A DNA stretch of 64,000 bases from Ignavibacteriales bacterium (GTDB lineage: Bacteria > Bacteroidota > Ignavibacteria > UBA10030 > UBA6906): NCBI GenBank assembly GCA_037441705.1, contig JBBIRR010000001.1, positions 64,001-128,000 on the forward strand, read 5' to 3'. Position 1 is the first letter of the stretch. Each line of letters opens with the position of its first letter. A program made the translations under genes and the position numbers. Shown piece after piece: positions 37,251 through 45,514 of the stretch. A model generated the notes under the pieces. It made no database searches. It saw only the letters and a program-made list of their open reading frames with translations, and was not told the DNA's origin.

Positions 37251-38690
37251 TTAATAACCATAAAGTTGTAATGACAGTCTCGAAATCGCTTGTGATTGTA
37301 ATGAGATTCTGTTGAGCGTATTTTGCAGCGCCTCAAACTGAAGTCTGAAAGCCTCCACCCTTCGGTCGATTTGCGCATTGGTTCTGGTCAGCGCCGTACG
37401 GATGTTGGTGAGCTGATCCTGCGTCCCGTCGCGCACAACATCAATCTGTCCGCCGAACGAGGTGAACGTTTCCAACAAGCTGCTCAGTCGTACCGCCAAT
37501 CCATCCGAGGCATTGAACAGATCCGACACCTTGCGCACGTCGCTGGCGAGTGCATCGTTAAGTTTTGCCGGATCGCTCAGACTCAACTTGCCGTCACTTC
37601 CCGCCTTGATGCCGATCTCCGAGAGCAGCGAGGGATTCCCCGGACTCACACCAGTAACGGCACTGCTCATCAGGGTACGCAGATTGATCTTCAAATCCTT
37701 GAAGAGCTGATCGCTCGCCAGAATCTCTCGTGTCTTGTTCTCCGGATTCACGGACGTCTTTGACTGCAAGAAGCCCAAGGCGTCGTTGTAGGCGGTGATA
37801 AACTGCTCAATCGCCGCCTTCACTTTCTCCTTATCTATTCCGATCGTGAGCGTCACGGGGGTATCGTTTATTCCCTGAACGCCCTTCAGCTCCAGGGTCA
37901 CACCGGTCAGCACGTCGCTCACCGAATTGCTGCCGCGCACGATATCAATCCCATCAAGCTTAAACTTTGCATCAAGTGCATCGGTCGAGGAAACGAGATA
38001 TCCCCCTGTCGTGCTCGTCGAAGCCGTCCTGCCGGCGATGACGTTGTCATCGAGACCGATTGCATCGAGGATATTTCCCGATACATCCTCGAGCACCACA
38101 GCGTTGCTCGAACCGGTTTCCTTGCTGGTGACCACAAGGCGACTGGTGCCGGTGGTATCGGCAACGACCGAGGCAGTTACCTTCGCTCCGGAAGCGGCAT
38201 TGATGGCGGAAGCGAGATTGCTGAGTACCGTGCTGTTGGACTGTCCTGCCTCCACATCAAACGACACGTCCGTCGCTACGCCGTTGACCGTGATGCGGAT
38301 GGTTTTTGTTCCGGGTCCATCTCCGTCGGCAATGCTCGTTGACGCGCTCGACAGACGCGACGAGAGCACCGTGTCATTCTTTGCAAGCTGGGTGACCAGC
38401 AGCGTGTGCGTGCCGGGCGCAGCCGAAGACGTGGCCGTCCCCCCGACAACCGACGGCAGCGAACTTTCCACGGAATACACGCTGAACTTCGACAGCGAGC
38501 CTGTCGCTTTCATCTCCTTTGCAAGCGAGTGAAGCGCCGTCAGCTTTGTCTTGAGATCCGCAAGAACGGACAGCCGCGCGTTCAGCGACGTCCGCCGGCT
38601 CTCCAACGTGCGTACCGGCTTGCTGATGCTGAGCCGATACTGCTGTACGAGAGACTCGATCTGACTTGCTATGTTGGAAATCTCTGCCAT
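37251..38690 (-). CDS. fliD: Filament cap protein FliD
   Basis: VTQLA, RLVVTSKETGSSN, SNSVSDVLTGVTLEL, FITAYN, LSEIGI. Start at ATG 38690. Confidence 0.93.
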   Translation of the reverse strand: MAEISNIASQIESLVQQYRLSISKPVRTLESRRTSLNARLSVLADLKTKLTALHSLAKEMKATGSLSKFSVYSVESSLPSVVGGTATSSAAPGTHTLLVTQLAKNDTVLSSRLSSASTSIADGDGPGTKTIRITVNGVATDVSFDVEAGQSNSTVLSNLASAINAASGAKVTASVVADTTGTSRLVVTSKETGSSNAVVLEDVSGNILDAIGLDDNVIAGRTASTSTTGGYLVSSTDALDAKFKLDGIDIVRGSNSVSDVLTGVTLELKGVQGINDTPVTLTIGIDKEKVKAAIEQFITAYNDALGFLQSKTSVNPENKTREILASDQLFKDLKINLRTLMSSAVTGVSPGNPSLLSEIGIKAGSDGKLSLSDPAKLNDALASDVRKVSDLFNASDGLAVRLSSLLETFTSFGGQIDVVRDGTQDQLTNIRTALTRTNAQIDRRVEAFRLQFEALQNTLNRISLQSQAISRLSLQLYGY

Positions 38691-38709
38691 CGTCGTTGCT
38701 TCTGAACAC

Positions 38710-39069
38710 TTAGAGTTTGAACGCCTCTTTCCATGCCGAGCGGAGTTCCTCAAGGACTTCCGCAGCGTCGTCGTGTTTGCCCTGCCGTAGACAGTATTTT
38801 GAGTACTGATAGAGCCGGTACAGGCTTACGGCGACCTCCTGGTATTCAAAATTCAATGCAGCAATCAGTTCATTCACGGCTCGGTTTGCCAGCGGCACAT
38901 CGTTCTTCTTGATGGCCTGAATGGCAATGCCATAGAGCCTGTGGATGACCTCCACGGGAGACAGATTCAAGAGCTGCTCGTTGCGATAGGTTGCCAGCGC
39001 CGATTGAACGCGTGGACCAACAAACAACCGCTCAGCCGCGGGGACTTGTGCCTGTGTTGCTGCCTGCAT
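38710..39069 (-). CDS. fliS: Flagellin chaperone FliS
   Basis: YRNEQLLNLSPVEVIHRLY, ELIAALNFE, LYRLYQY, ELRSAW. Confidence 0.9.
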   Translation of the reverse strand: MQAATQAQVPAAERLFVGPRVQSALATYRNEQLLNLSPVEVIHRLYGIAIQAIKKNDVPLANRAVNELIAALNFEYQEVAVSLYRLYQYSKYCLRQGKHDDAAEVLEELRSAWKEAFKL

Positions 39070-39112
39070 GAGAGATCAACCTCCGTTCGTCGTCATTGTG
39101 TGAGATAATACG

Positions 39113-39139
39113 GGAGGGCGCCTTACGGGGCGCCGCTCC
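39113..39139 (-). terminator. GC-rich hairpin between fliC and fliS (partial terminator or mRNA stabiliser)
   Basis: GGAG(C)GGCGCC-CCGTAA-GGCGCC-CTCC on the minus strand, with a weak U-tract. Confidence 0.55.
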
Positions 39140-39170
39140 TGTTGTTCGTCAGGCCACTGTGTCGTCGAGA

Positions 39171-39995
39171 TTATCGAAACAGTGACAGGAACACCTGCGG
39201 CGATGCATTCGCCTGCGCCAGCATCGACGTGGCCGTTTGCTGGAGGATCTGCAGCTTCGCAGCCTTGATCTGCTCCTTGGCAATGTCGGCATCGAAGATG
39301 CGGCTCTTTGCTGCCTCCGTGTTCGTGATGGCGGTGTTGAGGTTCGCCTCCTTCGCGGACAGGCGGTTCAACGAGGCGCCGATATCGCCGATGGCAGTGT
39401 TCACCGTCGCCAAGCCCGTATCCACCGTCAATGTGGAGACGTTGGCCGAGGTGATGCTGCCCGCTGTAACGCCAAGCAGTGCCGCCGAGGAAACACTCGC
39501 GCTGAACGACACGGTGTACACCTCTGTGCTTGCCTCACCAACCTGGAAGTTTTCCGAGTAGGTACCGCTGAGCAGTTGCACACCGTTGAACTTCGCCGAG
39601 GCGACGATGTCGTCGATTTCCGCAGCAAGGGCGCTGATCTCGGTCGCGATGGCTGTCTTCTCATCGGCACCGAAGGCACCGTTGATGAAGCGCGTCTGCT
39701 TCTCCTTCACCTGCACCAGAAGATCGGCAATCTTCTGATACGCGCCTTCAGCAACACCGTAGGTGGACTGGGCATCGCCGACGGTGTCCAGAGCAGAGTT
39801 CATCGCGCGAATGCGTCCCTCCATTTTCTTGGAGATGACGTATCCCGACGGATCATCTGCAGCCGTGTTGATGCGCCGACCCGTTGCCAGACGCTCCTGA
39901 TGCATGCTGAGATCACGGTTGATTGCGTTCAACGCATTCAACGCGTTCATCGCAGCAACGTTCGTGTTGATACGAGCACCACCGGTTAATGGCAT
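39171..39995 (-). CDS. fliC: Flagellin, minimal type (274 aa)
   Basis: RINTNVAA, RLATGRRINTAADDPSG, FQVG, IGASLNRL, SRIFDADIAKE, QILQQ...MLAQAN. Confidence 0.97.
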   Translation of the reverse strand: MPLTGGARINTNVAAMNALNALNAINRDLSMHQERLATGRRINTAADDPSGYVISKKMEGRIRAMNSALDTVGDAQSTYGVAEGAYQKIADLLVQVKEKQTRFINGAFGADEKTAIATEISALAAEIDDIVASAKFNGVQLLSGTYSENFQVGEASTEVYTVSFSASVSSAALLGVTAGSITSANVSTLTVDTGLATVNTAIGDIGASLNRLSAKEANLNTAITNTEAAKSRIFDADIAKEQIKAAKLQILQQTATSMLAQANASPQVFLSLFR

Positions 39996-39999
39996 AACT

Positions 40000-40046
40000 A
40001 CCTCCTTGTATTGTGTGTATTGATCTCCCAGGCTTCCCTGCCCGGG
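40000..40046 (-). promoter_or_regulatory. Putative CsrA-binding sites in the fliC leader
   Basis: Hairpin CCCGGGC-AGGGAA-GCCTGGG with GGA in the loop, plus ACAAGGAGGT overlapping the SD. Confidence 0.55.
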
Positions 40047-40082
40047 CGTTCTTTGTTGGAGCAGTTTTTTGCTCTACACTCA

Positions 40083-40109
40083 TTATCGGAGATGCGCGGA
40101 ATTTCTTTA
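40083..40109 (-). promoter_or_regulatory. Sigma28 promoter of the fliC operon
   Basis: TAAA-N15-TCCGATAA against consensus TAAA-N15-GCCGATAA. Confidence 0.88.
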
Positions 40110-40213
40110 GGGGCAGGCGGGCTAATCTTTTGTGGTACAAAGACTTAGGTGACAGCGCGGCGCCCTTCAGAGAAAGTGTGAAATACGCTTCGTTTCTTGC
40201 GCGCCCGAAGGGG

Positions 40214-41782
40214 TCAGGTTTCTGGCGCGGCCGACGCGGAGAGTTTTTCTGCGAGCGCGGAAAGACGATTGCGCACCGGCGTGAGGTCGACGTCACTCGT
40301 CTGGGCCATCAATTCCAGATGGCCAAACGCTGCATGCACATCGCCTTTGGCGAGGGTGAACTGAAGGGCGGCCTTGTGAAGTTCGAACGCCCTGATGCGT
40401 TTTTCCTCAGCCGCATTGATCAGGCGCTCAGCCTCCTCCATCTCGCCGGCCTCGGTACGCCAGCGAATTGCAAGTGCGTACAGCTCGCCATTCGTCGGCT
40501 CTGCATCAATTGCCTTGTCGAGGTAGCGTAATGCCGTTCTCCGGTCACCACTGGTGTAGTGCCGTACAGCAAGCGGAAGAAAAAACTCGTGTCGGTGCGG
40601 AGCTGCTCTTGCCGCTGCTTCAAGCTGTTCCATGCACACACGCGGCTGAGCAATCTTCTTTTCACAGCGAAGAAGTCCGTGAAGCACATCCTCCGCATCG
40701 GGATTCCGCTGCAGCATCCGAACGTAGACTTCGAGGGCTTCGGTCCACTTCGACGCCGCTTCGTACGTGAAGGCCAACCGCCTGTCAACTTCAGCAGCGG
40801 TCAGCTCGAGATCGGAAGAAATCTGGGACGAGCGCTCTGTGCGCGGCGTGCGAAGGAGGGGATAGATCTGTTTGAGAACACCGATTGCCTTCTCATACTC
40901 GCACAGATCATAATACAGCAGCGCGAGAAACCAGCGCGCCATGATTTGCAACGGGGCGAGATCGAGAGACCTCAAGCAAAGCGTCACTGCCTCCCGCAGG
41001 TTGCCCGATCGGACGGCAACCTCGGCGAGAAGATTATAGCACGACGCCTGAACACTCCTATCCAGCTTCGGATGTACAACGGCCTGTCCAAGAACAGCCT
41101 TCGCCTCGTCGTATCGCTGAAGCACGACGAGGCTGTTGCCCATCTGAAAGCGTGCATATGCATCATCAGGATCATCGGCAACCTGCTTTTCCAAGAGTTC
41201 CAGATTGCGCCTTGCCTTCTCCTTCACAACATCGTAGCCGCGGTTGTAGCCCACGTGGAATATGGTGAGAGGCGATGACTGAATCTTAAGCTTGAGTCGT
41301 TTCAGGGAGGGCCAGATCTGTTCATGCACACGCCCTTCAAACTGAACTCCGGGCAGTTTTCGGAACAGCCTGGGGTAAGCATTCTGTTGGTGGAACGTCC
41401 CGTGCTGCATTGTCTGAGGATTCTGGATCGTCACCGCGTAGGCATCCGCCTTTGCGCGGGAGATCAACTCAGGCAGAAGGCGCATGGACTCGGGTGTCAG
41501 TCGCTCATCGGCATCAATGTAGAGAATCCAATCACCCGAACATTGCTGCAGCGAGAAATTCCTTGCCGCGGCAAAGTCGTCACGCCATGGGTACTCAAAC
41601 ACTCGCGCCCCCAAGCTCAACGCAATGTTCTTTGTCGAGTCCGTCGAACCCGTATCCACGACAATAATTTCATCGGCGATCGGCCGAACGCTCTCCAGGC
41701 ATTCTTTGAGGAAGCATTCCTCGTTCCTCACGATCATGCTTACTGAAAGCGTCGGCCGCGTCTGGTCGTCTTTTGAGGACAT
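40214..41782 (-). CDS. GT2 glycosyltransferase with TPR repeats, probable flagellin-initiating glycosyltransferase
   Basis: SVSMIVRNEE, VVDTGSTD, WRDDFAAARNFSL, YIDADE, FEGRVHEQ, HVGY, RNLELL, then TPRs; adjacent to fliC. Start at ATG 41782. Confidence 0.88.
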   Translation of the reverse strand: MSSKDDQTRPTLSVSMIVRNEECFLKECLESVRPIADEIIVVDTGSTDSTKNIALSLGARVFEYPWRDDFAAARNFSLQQCSGDWILYIDADERLTPESMRLLPELISRAKADAYAVTIQNPQTMQHGTFHQQNAYPRLFRKLPGVQFEGRVHEQIWPSLKRLKLKIQSSPLTIFHVGYNRGYDVVKEKARRNLELLEKQVADDPDDAYARFQMGNSLVVLQRYDEAKAVLGQAVVHPKLDRSVQASCYNLLAEVAVRSGNLREAVTLCLRSLDLAPLQIMARWFLALLYYDLCEYEKAIGVLKQIYPLLRTPRTERSSQISSDLELTAAEVDRRLAFTYEAASKWTEALEVYVRMLQRNPDAEDVLHGLLRCEKKIAQPRVCMEQLEAAARAAPHRHEFFLPLAVRHYTSGDRRTALRYLDKAIDAEPTNGELYALAIRWRTEAGEMEEAERLINAAEEKRIRAFELHKAALQFTLAKGDVHAAFGHLELMAQTSDVDLTPVRNRLSALAEKLSASAAPET

Positions 41783-41786
41783 AGTC

Positions 41787-44700
41787 TTATGTTGGGTTAT
41801 TCTCAGCAACAAGCACGGCTTCATCCGAACCGCAAGCGCCATCCGGATCGAGGAGTGAGTTGTGATCCTCCGCCATGCCGAGTTCGGTGTTCACGCGCGC
41901 GAGAGCCTCCCGGGCAGCGATGTTTGCCGGCTCGTTCACCACCGCATGCTCGAGCATTGTTTTGGCCGGCATCAGCATGCCCGCGTGGAGGAACACTTCA
42001 CCCAAACCCACACACGCACGCGCCGAATGAGGCGTCACCGTCAGTTCTTCCTCGAAATACTTCTTTGCTTTCTCCAACAATCCCAACGCCATTGCCACAT
42101 GCCCTGTCAGATTGAGCAAGTCGGGGTACTCCACCGCACACGACGCGCGTTCCGAGGCATGGAAGACCGCGAGAGCCTTCTCGAGCGTTTCCAGCGCAAG
42201 CGCCATCTCCTGTTCCTCGATGAGGATCTGTGCTCGCTCCCAGTACTGAACAAATGCATCGCGATGGAGAGGAACTGTCAACGACCGTTTCCGCACGTTC
42301 CTCTCTCCCCGATGGGTCCACAGGGTGTCCGGGTCAACGCCCCATTTTTCCAGAAAGACAAGCCGGTTGGTCTGCAAGCGGGCATGATACTTCTCTTTCC
42401 CTCCAGCAAGAAAACTCCTGGAGCCGTAATGATGGATGAATACGTCATTCGCCACAACGGTCTTAAAGCCCGCAAGTGCAGCTCGCAGACAGAAGTCATC
42501 GTCCTCGTAGTTCCCGGGCGTGAAACGCTCGTCCAGCCCACCGATAGCATCAATCACCTTTCGCAGGATGAGCGTGCAGAGGAACGCAACTCTCGGAAAG
42601 ACGCGACGCTCGCCCTTCCTTTCCTCGCGCACCCTCCGTGCATACGCATACATCTGCTCGATCGTTTGATACACCGCCTGCTCATCTCGCTGCACACCGC
42701 TGGCATAGTTACTCACCGTGCCAACGATCCCGACCTCCGGATCGGCATCCGCCACTTCCAGCAGTCGTTCGAGCCAGCCTTCGGTGACGATCGTGTCGTT
42801 GTTCAAAAGCACGATATGTTCCCCCACGGCTGCGTTGATGCCCTGATTCACACCGGCAGGAAAACCGACGTTCTCTCTGTTGCTCACGATCCGCACCTCG
42901 GGAAACTCCTGCTCGATCTTCTTCACCGTGCCATCCGTGGAGGCATTGTCCACCACGATCGTTTCATGCGGCGTGTGGGTGAACCTGCTGATGCTTTCGA
43001 GGCACTGGTGCGTGTATGTGTATTGATTATGGGCAAGCACAATGATGCTCACCTTCGGTGGCAACGCACATTGCAGCGCACGCGAGGAGAGGAAGGCCCG
43101 ACGTGTCTCAAAGCTCGTGAGATGCTCGATGCGTCGGCCCATCAGAGCGCTGGAATACTGTGCCGCGACAAGCTTCTGTCCCGCGACGGCAAATTCCTTC
43201 CACAGCCCCTCGTTCGTGTACAGCTCGACTGCATACCGCGCAAACTCTTCCGGCGTGTCAGCAATGAATGCGTGTACCCCGTGCACGATGTTCATTCCTT
43301 CCGCCCCGATCGACGTTGAAACCATCGGCACTCCGTGCGCCATCGCTTCGCCGACTTTCCCCTTGTTTCCCGCGCCGTACCGCAGCGGAATCACCGCCAC
43401 ACGGCATCGTTCGAGATAGGGACGCGTCTCGGGCACCCATCCGGTGACGGTCACATGCGACGAGGCAAGACTTTTTACTTTCGGCGTCGGATTGTTCCCG
43501 ACGATCCAGAAGTGTGCATCCGGCAGCTTCTTCCGTATCAACGGAAAGATCTGTCGAACAAAGAAAACAACGGCATCTTCATTTGGGTCGTGATTGAAAT
43601 TGCCGATAAAGAAAAAGTCCTTTCTGCGTTCGAAAGGTGTGGCTGACGGCTGTGGGTCATGCACATCGGTCATGATAAAGATGGGCTTGTCGGGGAGTTC
43701 CTTCTGCAAAACGGCTCTATCCGCCTCCGTCACCGTCGTCACGGCATCTGCACTTGCGTAGACGGCAAGTTCTTGCTTCTTGATCTTCTGCGCCGCCTCC
43801 TTTAGTCTGTGATCGTTGAGCATCTCTGCCCGACGGGCTTCCCGCAGGAAATGAACATCCATAGAGTCCACGATGATGGGAACGTTCGGATCGGCTGCAC
43901 GAATCAACTTCATGAAGTAACGCGCGATATGCCAGAAACAGATGTACACCAAATCCACCTTACGCAGCGGCAATTCAAGGCTGGCGATCAGACGCTCAAG
44001 GATAGGCTGAACATGATCTGTCTCGCGAAACTCCCACCACGCTTCGTATTCGAACCAAATCAATTCCACTCCTGAACTTCGCAACTCCGTCATGTGCTTC
44101 ACTGCCGCTTCATCCGTAAGCCGTCCCGTCAGGTGGACATACGTAACGTGATAGCCAAGCGCCAGCATCTGCTTGACGGTATGGTACAGGCGCAAACTTC
44201 CGGCCGCGCGATCGGGAAGCGGTGGGAGGTCATCAATGATGAGAATGCGCTTGCCGCGATGACGATGCGAAAACTGATAGCGCAAGCGTTCGTCGCAGGG
44301 ATACTGAAGCGCAAGTTCTTTCTTCCACTTCTGTTTGAACTTCGGCGCGTTCAACGCCTGAAACTTCTTGAATCCCGCGGAAAGATTTGTGCCCGCTGTT
44401 ATGCCTTCATGATGGATGACTTTGGACATCGGGCAGTACAGCACCTTGTACCCGAGCTTCCGCACCGCGAAGCACAGATCGGTATCCTCATAGTATGCCG
44501 GAGCGAAACGCGTGTCGAAACCGCCGAGCCGTCTGAACAGGTCGGCTTTGATGGTCAGCGCCGCACCCGAGCAATAGTCCACCTCTCGCACAAACTGGAA
44601 GCGAGAGCTGTTCGGGGGATGTCCCCGACCGTAGTTCCAGCCTGTCGCGTCATTGAAGATGACCCCGCCGGCTTCTTGCAGCACGCCATTCGGATAGATC

Positions 44701-45497
44701 AGCATCGAGCCGACGATGCCTGCACACGCGTTGCGCGCAAAACAGTTGTACACCTCGGTCAACCAGCCCGGTTGTACTTCCGTATCGTTATTGAGAAACA
44801 CGATCAGCTCCCCTTCGGCGCTTTGCGCGGCAAGATTGTTGCCTCCAACAAACCCCAGATTCGAAGGAGAATGAATGAATTTGATGCGGGATCCGTATGC
44901 CTCTAGCATGCCGGGCGTAAAGTCCGTCGAGGCATTGTCCACAACAATCAGCTCGTAGTTGGGGTAGTCCGTGTTTCTCAACACCGCCTCGATGCAGCGC
45001 AGTGTGTACTCCGCTTTGTTGTAGCAGAGGACGAGAATCGAGATAAGGGGAACAGTCTGGCGCCGCAGCGGTTGGCGTTCCGGTTTCCGCGCGAACATCG
45101 CAGCAAGGGTGTCTTCTTCCCACGGCATGTCGCGCAGGATGTTGCTCACGCGAGCTGCCACGTGGACAAACGGTGCAGTGGTCTCATACACCTCAGCATA
45201 GAGCTTCAGCGCCGTGTTTCTGTCGCCGCACTCTTCGGCAATACGTGCGAGATAGAGTTTCGAGTACGGATTATCCGGATCCATCGAGAGGCTTTCGATG
45301 AAGAAGCGTCGTGCCTCGTCATACTCCTGCGCATAGAAGCAGGTTCGCGCCAGTAGATGTCGCAGATAGGCTCTCGCAGAAGAGGGAAGATCGGGCCCTT
45401 CGCTGGACTGCATGAGGAACGTTCTGGCGCGCTGTTCGTCGTTCGCATCGAACATCTCCTGCACTTCCTGGAGCAGGTCTTCGAGTCGTTGCATCAT
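41787..45497 (-). CDS. Multidomain glycosyltransferase TPR-GT2-GT4-GT2-TPR (about 1236 aa)
   Basis: Two GT2 domains (VVDNASTD...LNNDT...EDxD), a GT4-like domain (FIGNFNHDPN, PLRYGAGNKGKVGEAM) and terminal TPRs. Start at 45497 or 45518. Confidence 0.88.
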   Translation of the reverse strand: MMQRLEDLLQEVQEMFDANDEQRARTFLMQSSEGPDLPSSARAYLRHLLARTCFYAQEYDEARRFFIESLSMDPDNPYSKLYLARIAEECGDRNTALKLYAEVYETTAPFVHVAARVSNILRDMPWEEDTLAAMFARKPERQPLRRQTVPLISILVLCYNKAEYTLRCIEAVLRNTDYPNYELIVVDNASTDFTPGMLEAYGSRIKFIHSPSNLGFVGGNNLAAQSAEGELIVFLNNDTEVQPGWLTEVYNCFARNACAGIVGSMLIYPNGVLQEAGGVIFNDATGWNYGRGHPPNSSRFQFVREVDYCSGAALTIKADLFRRLGGFDTRFAPAYYEDTDLCFAVRKLGYKVLYCPMSKVIHHEGITAGTNLSAGFKKFQALNAPKFKQKWKKELALQYPCDERLRYQFSHRHRGKRILIIDDLPPLPDRAAGSLRLYHTVKQMLALGYHVTYVHLTGRLTDEAAVKHMTELRSSGVELIWFEYEAWWEFRETDHVQPILERLIASLELPLRKVDLVYICFWHIARYFMKLIRAADPNVPIIVDSMDVHFLREARRAEMLNDHRLKEAAQKIKKQELAVYASADAVTTVTEADRAVLQKELPDKPIFIMTDVHDPQPSATPFERRKDFFFIGNFNHDPNEDAVVFFVRQIFPLIRKKLPDAHFWIVGNNPTPKVKSLASSHVTVTGWVPETRPYLERCRVAVIPLRYGAGNKGKVGEAMAHGVPMVSTSIGAEGMNIVHGVHAFIADTPEEFARYAVELYTNEGLWKEFAVAGQKLVAAQYSSALMGRRIEHLTSFETRRAFLSSRALQCALPPKVSIIVLAHNQYTYTHQCLESISRFTHTPHETIVVDNASTDGTVKKIEQEFPEVRIVSNRENVGFPAGVNQGINAAVGEHIVLLNNDTIVTEGWLERLLEVADADPEVGIVGTVSNYASGVQRDEQAVYQTIEQMYAYARRVREERKGERRVFPRVAFLCTLILRKVIDAIGGLDERFTPGNYEDDDFCLRAALAGFKTVVANDVFIHHYGSRSFLAGGKEKYHARLQTNRLVFLEKWGVDPDTLWTHRGERNVRKRSLTVPLHRDAFVQYWERAQILIEEQEMALALETLEKALAVFHASERASCAVEYPDLLNLTGHVAMALGLLEKAKKYFEEELTVTPHSARACVGLGEVFLHAGMLMPAKTMLEHAVVNEPANIAAREALARVNTELGMAEDHNSLLDPDGACGSDEAVLVAENNPT

Positions 45498-45514
45498 CCA
45501 CCTCTTCTCGGCGA

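Noticed and set aside
41862-43319. 485-aa plus-strand ORF (also 46868-48022, 52792-54264, 60783-61838 and 4-702)
   Set aside because: Each lies wholly antisense to well-supported genes and lacks domain signatures.
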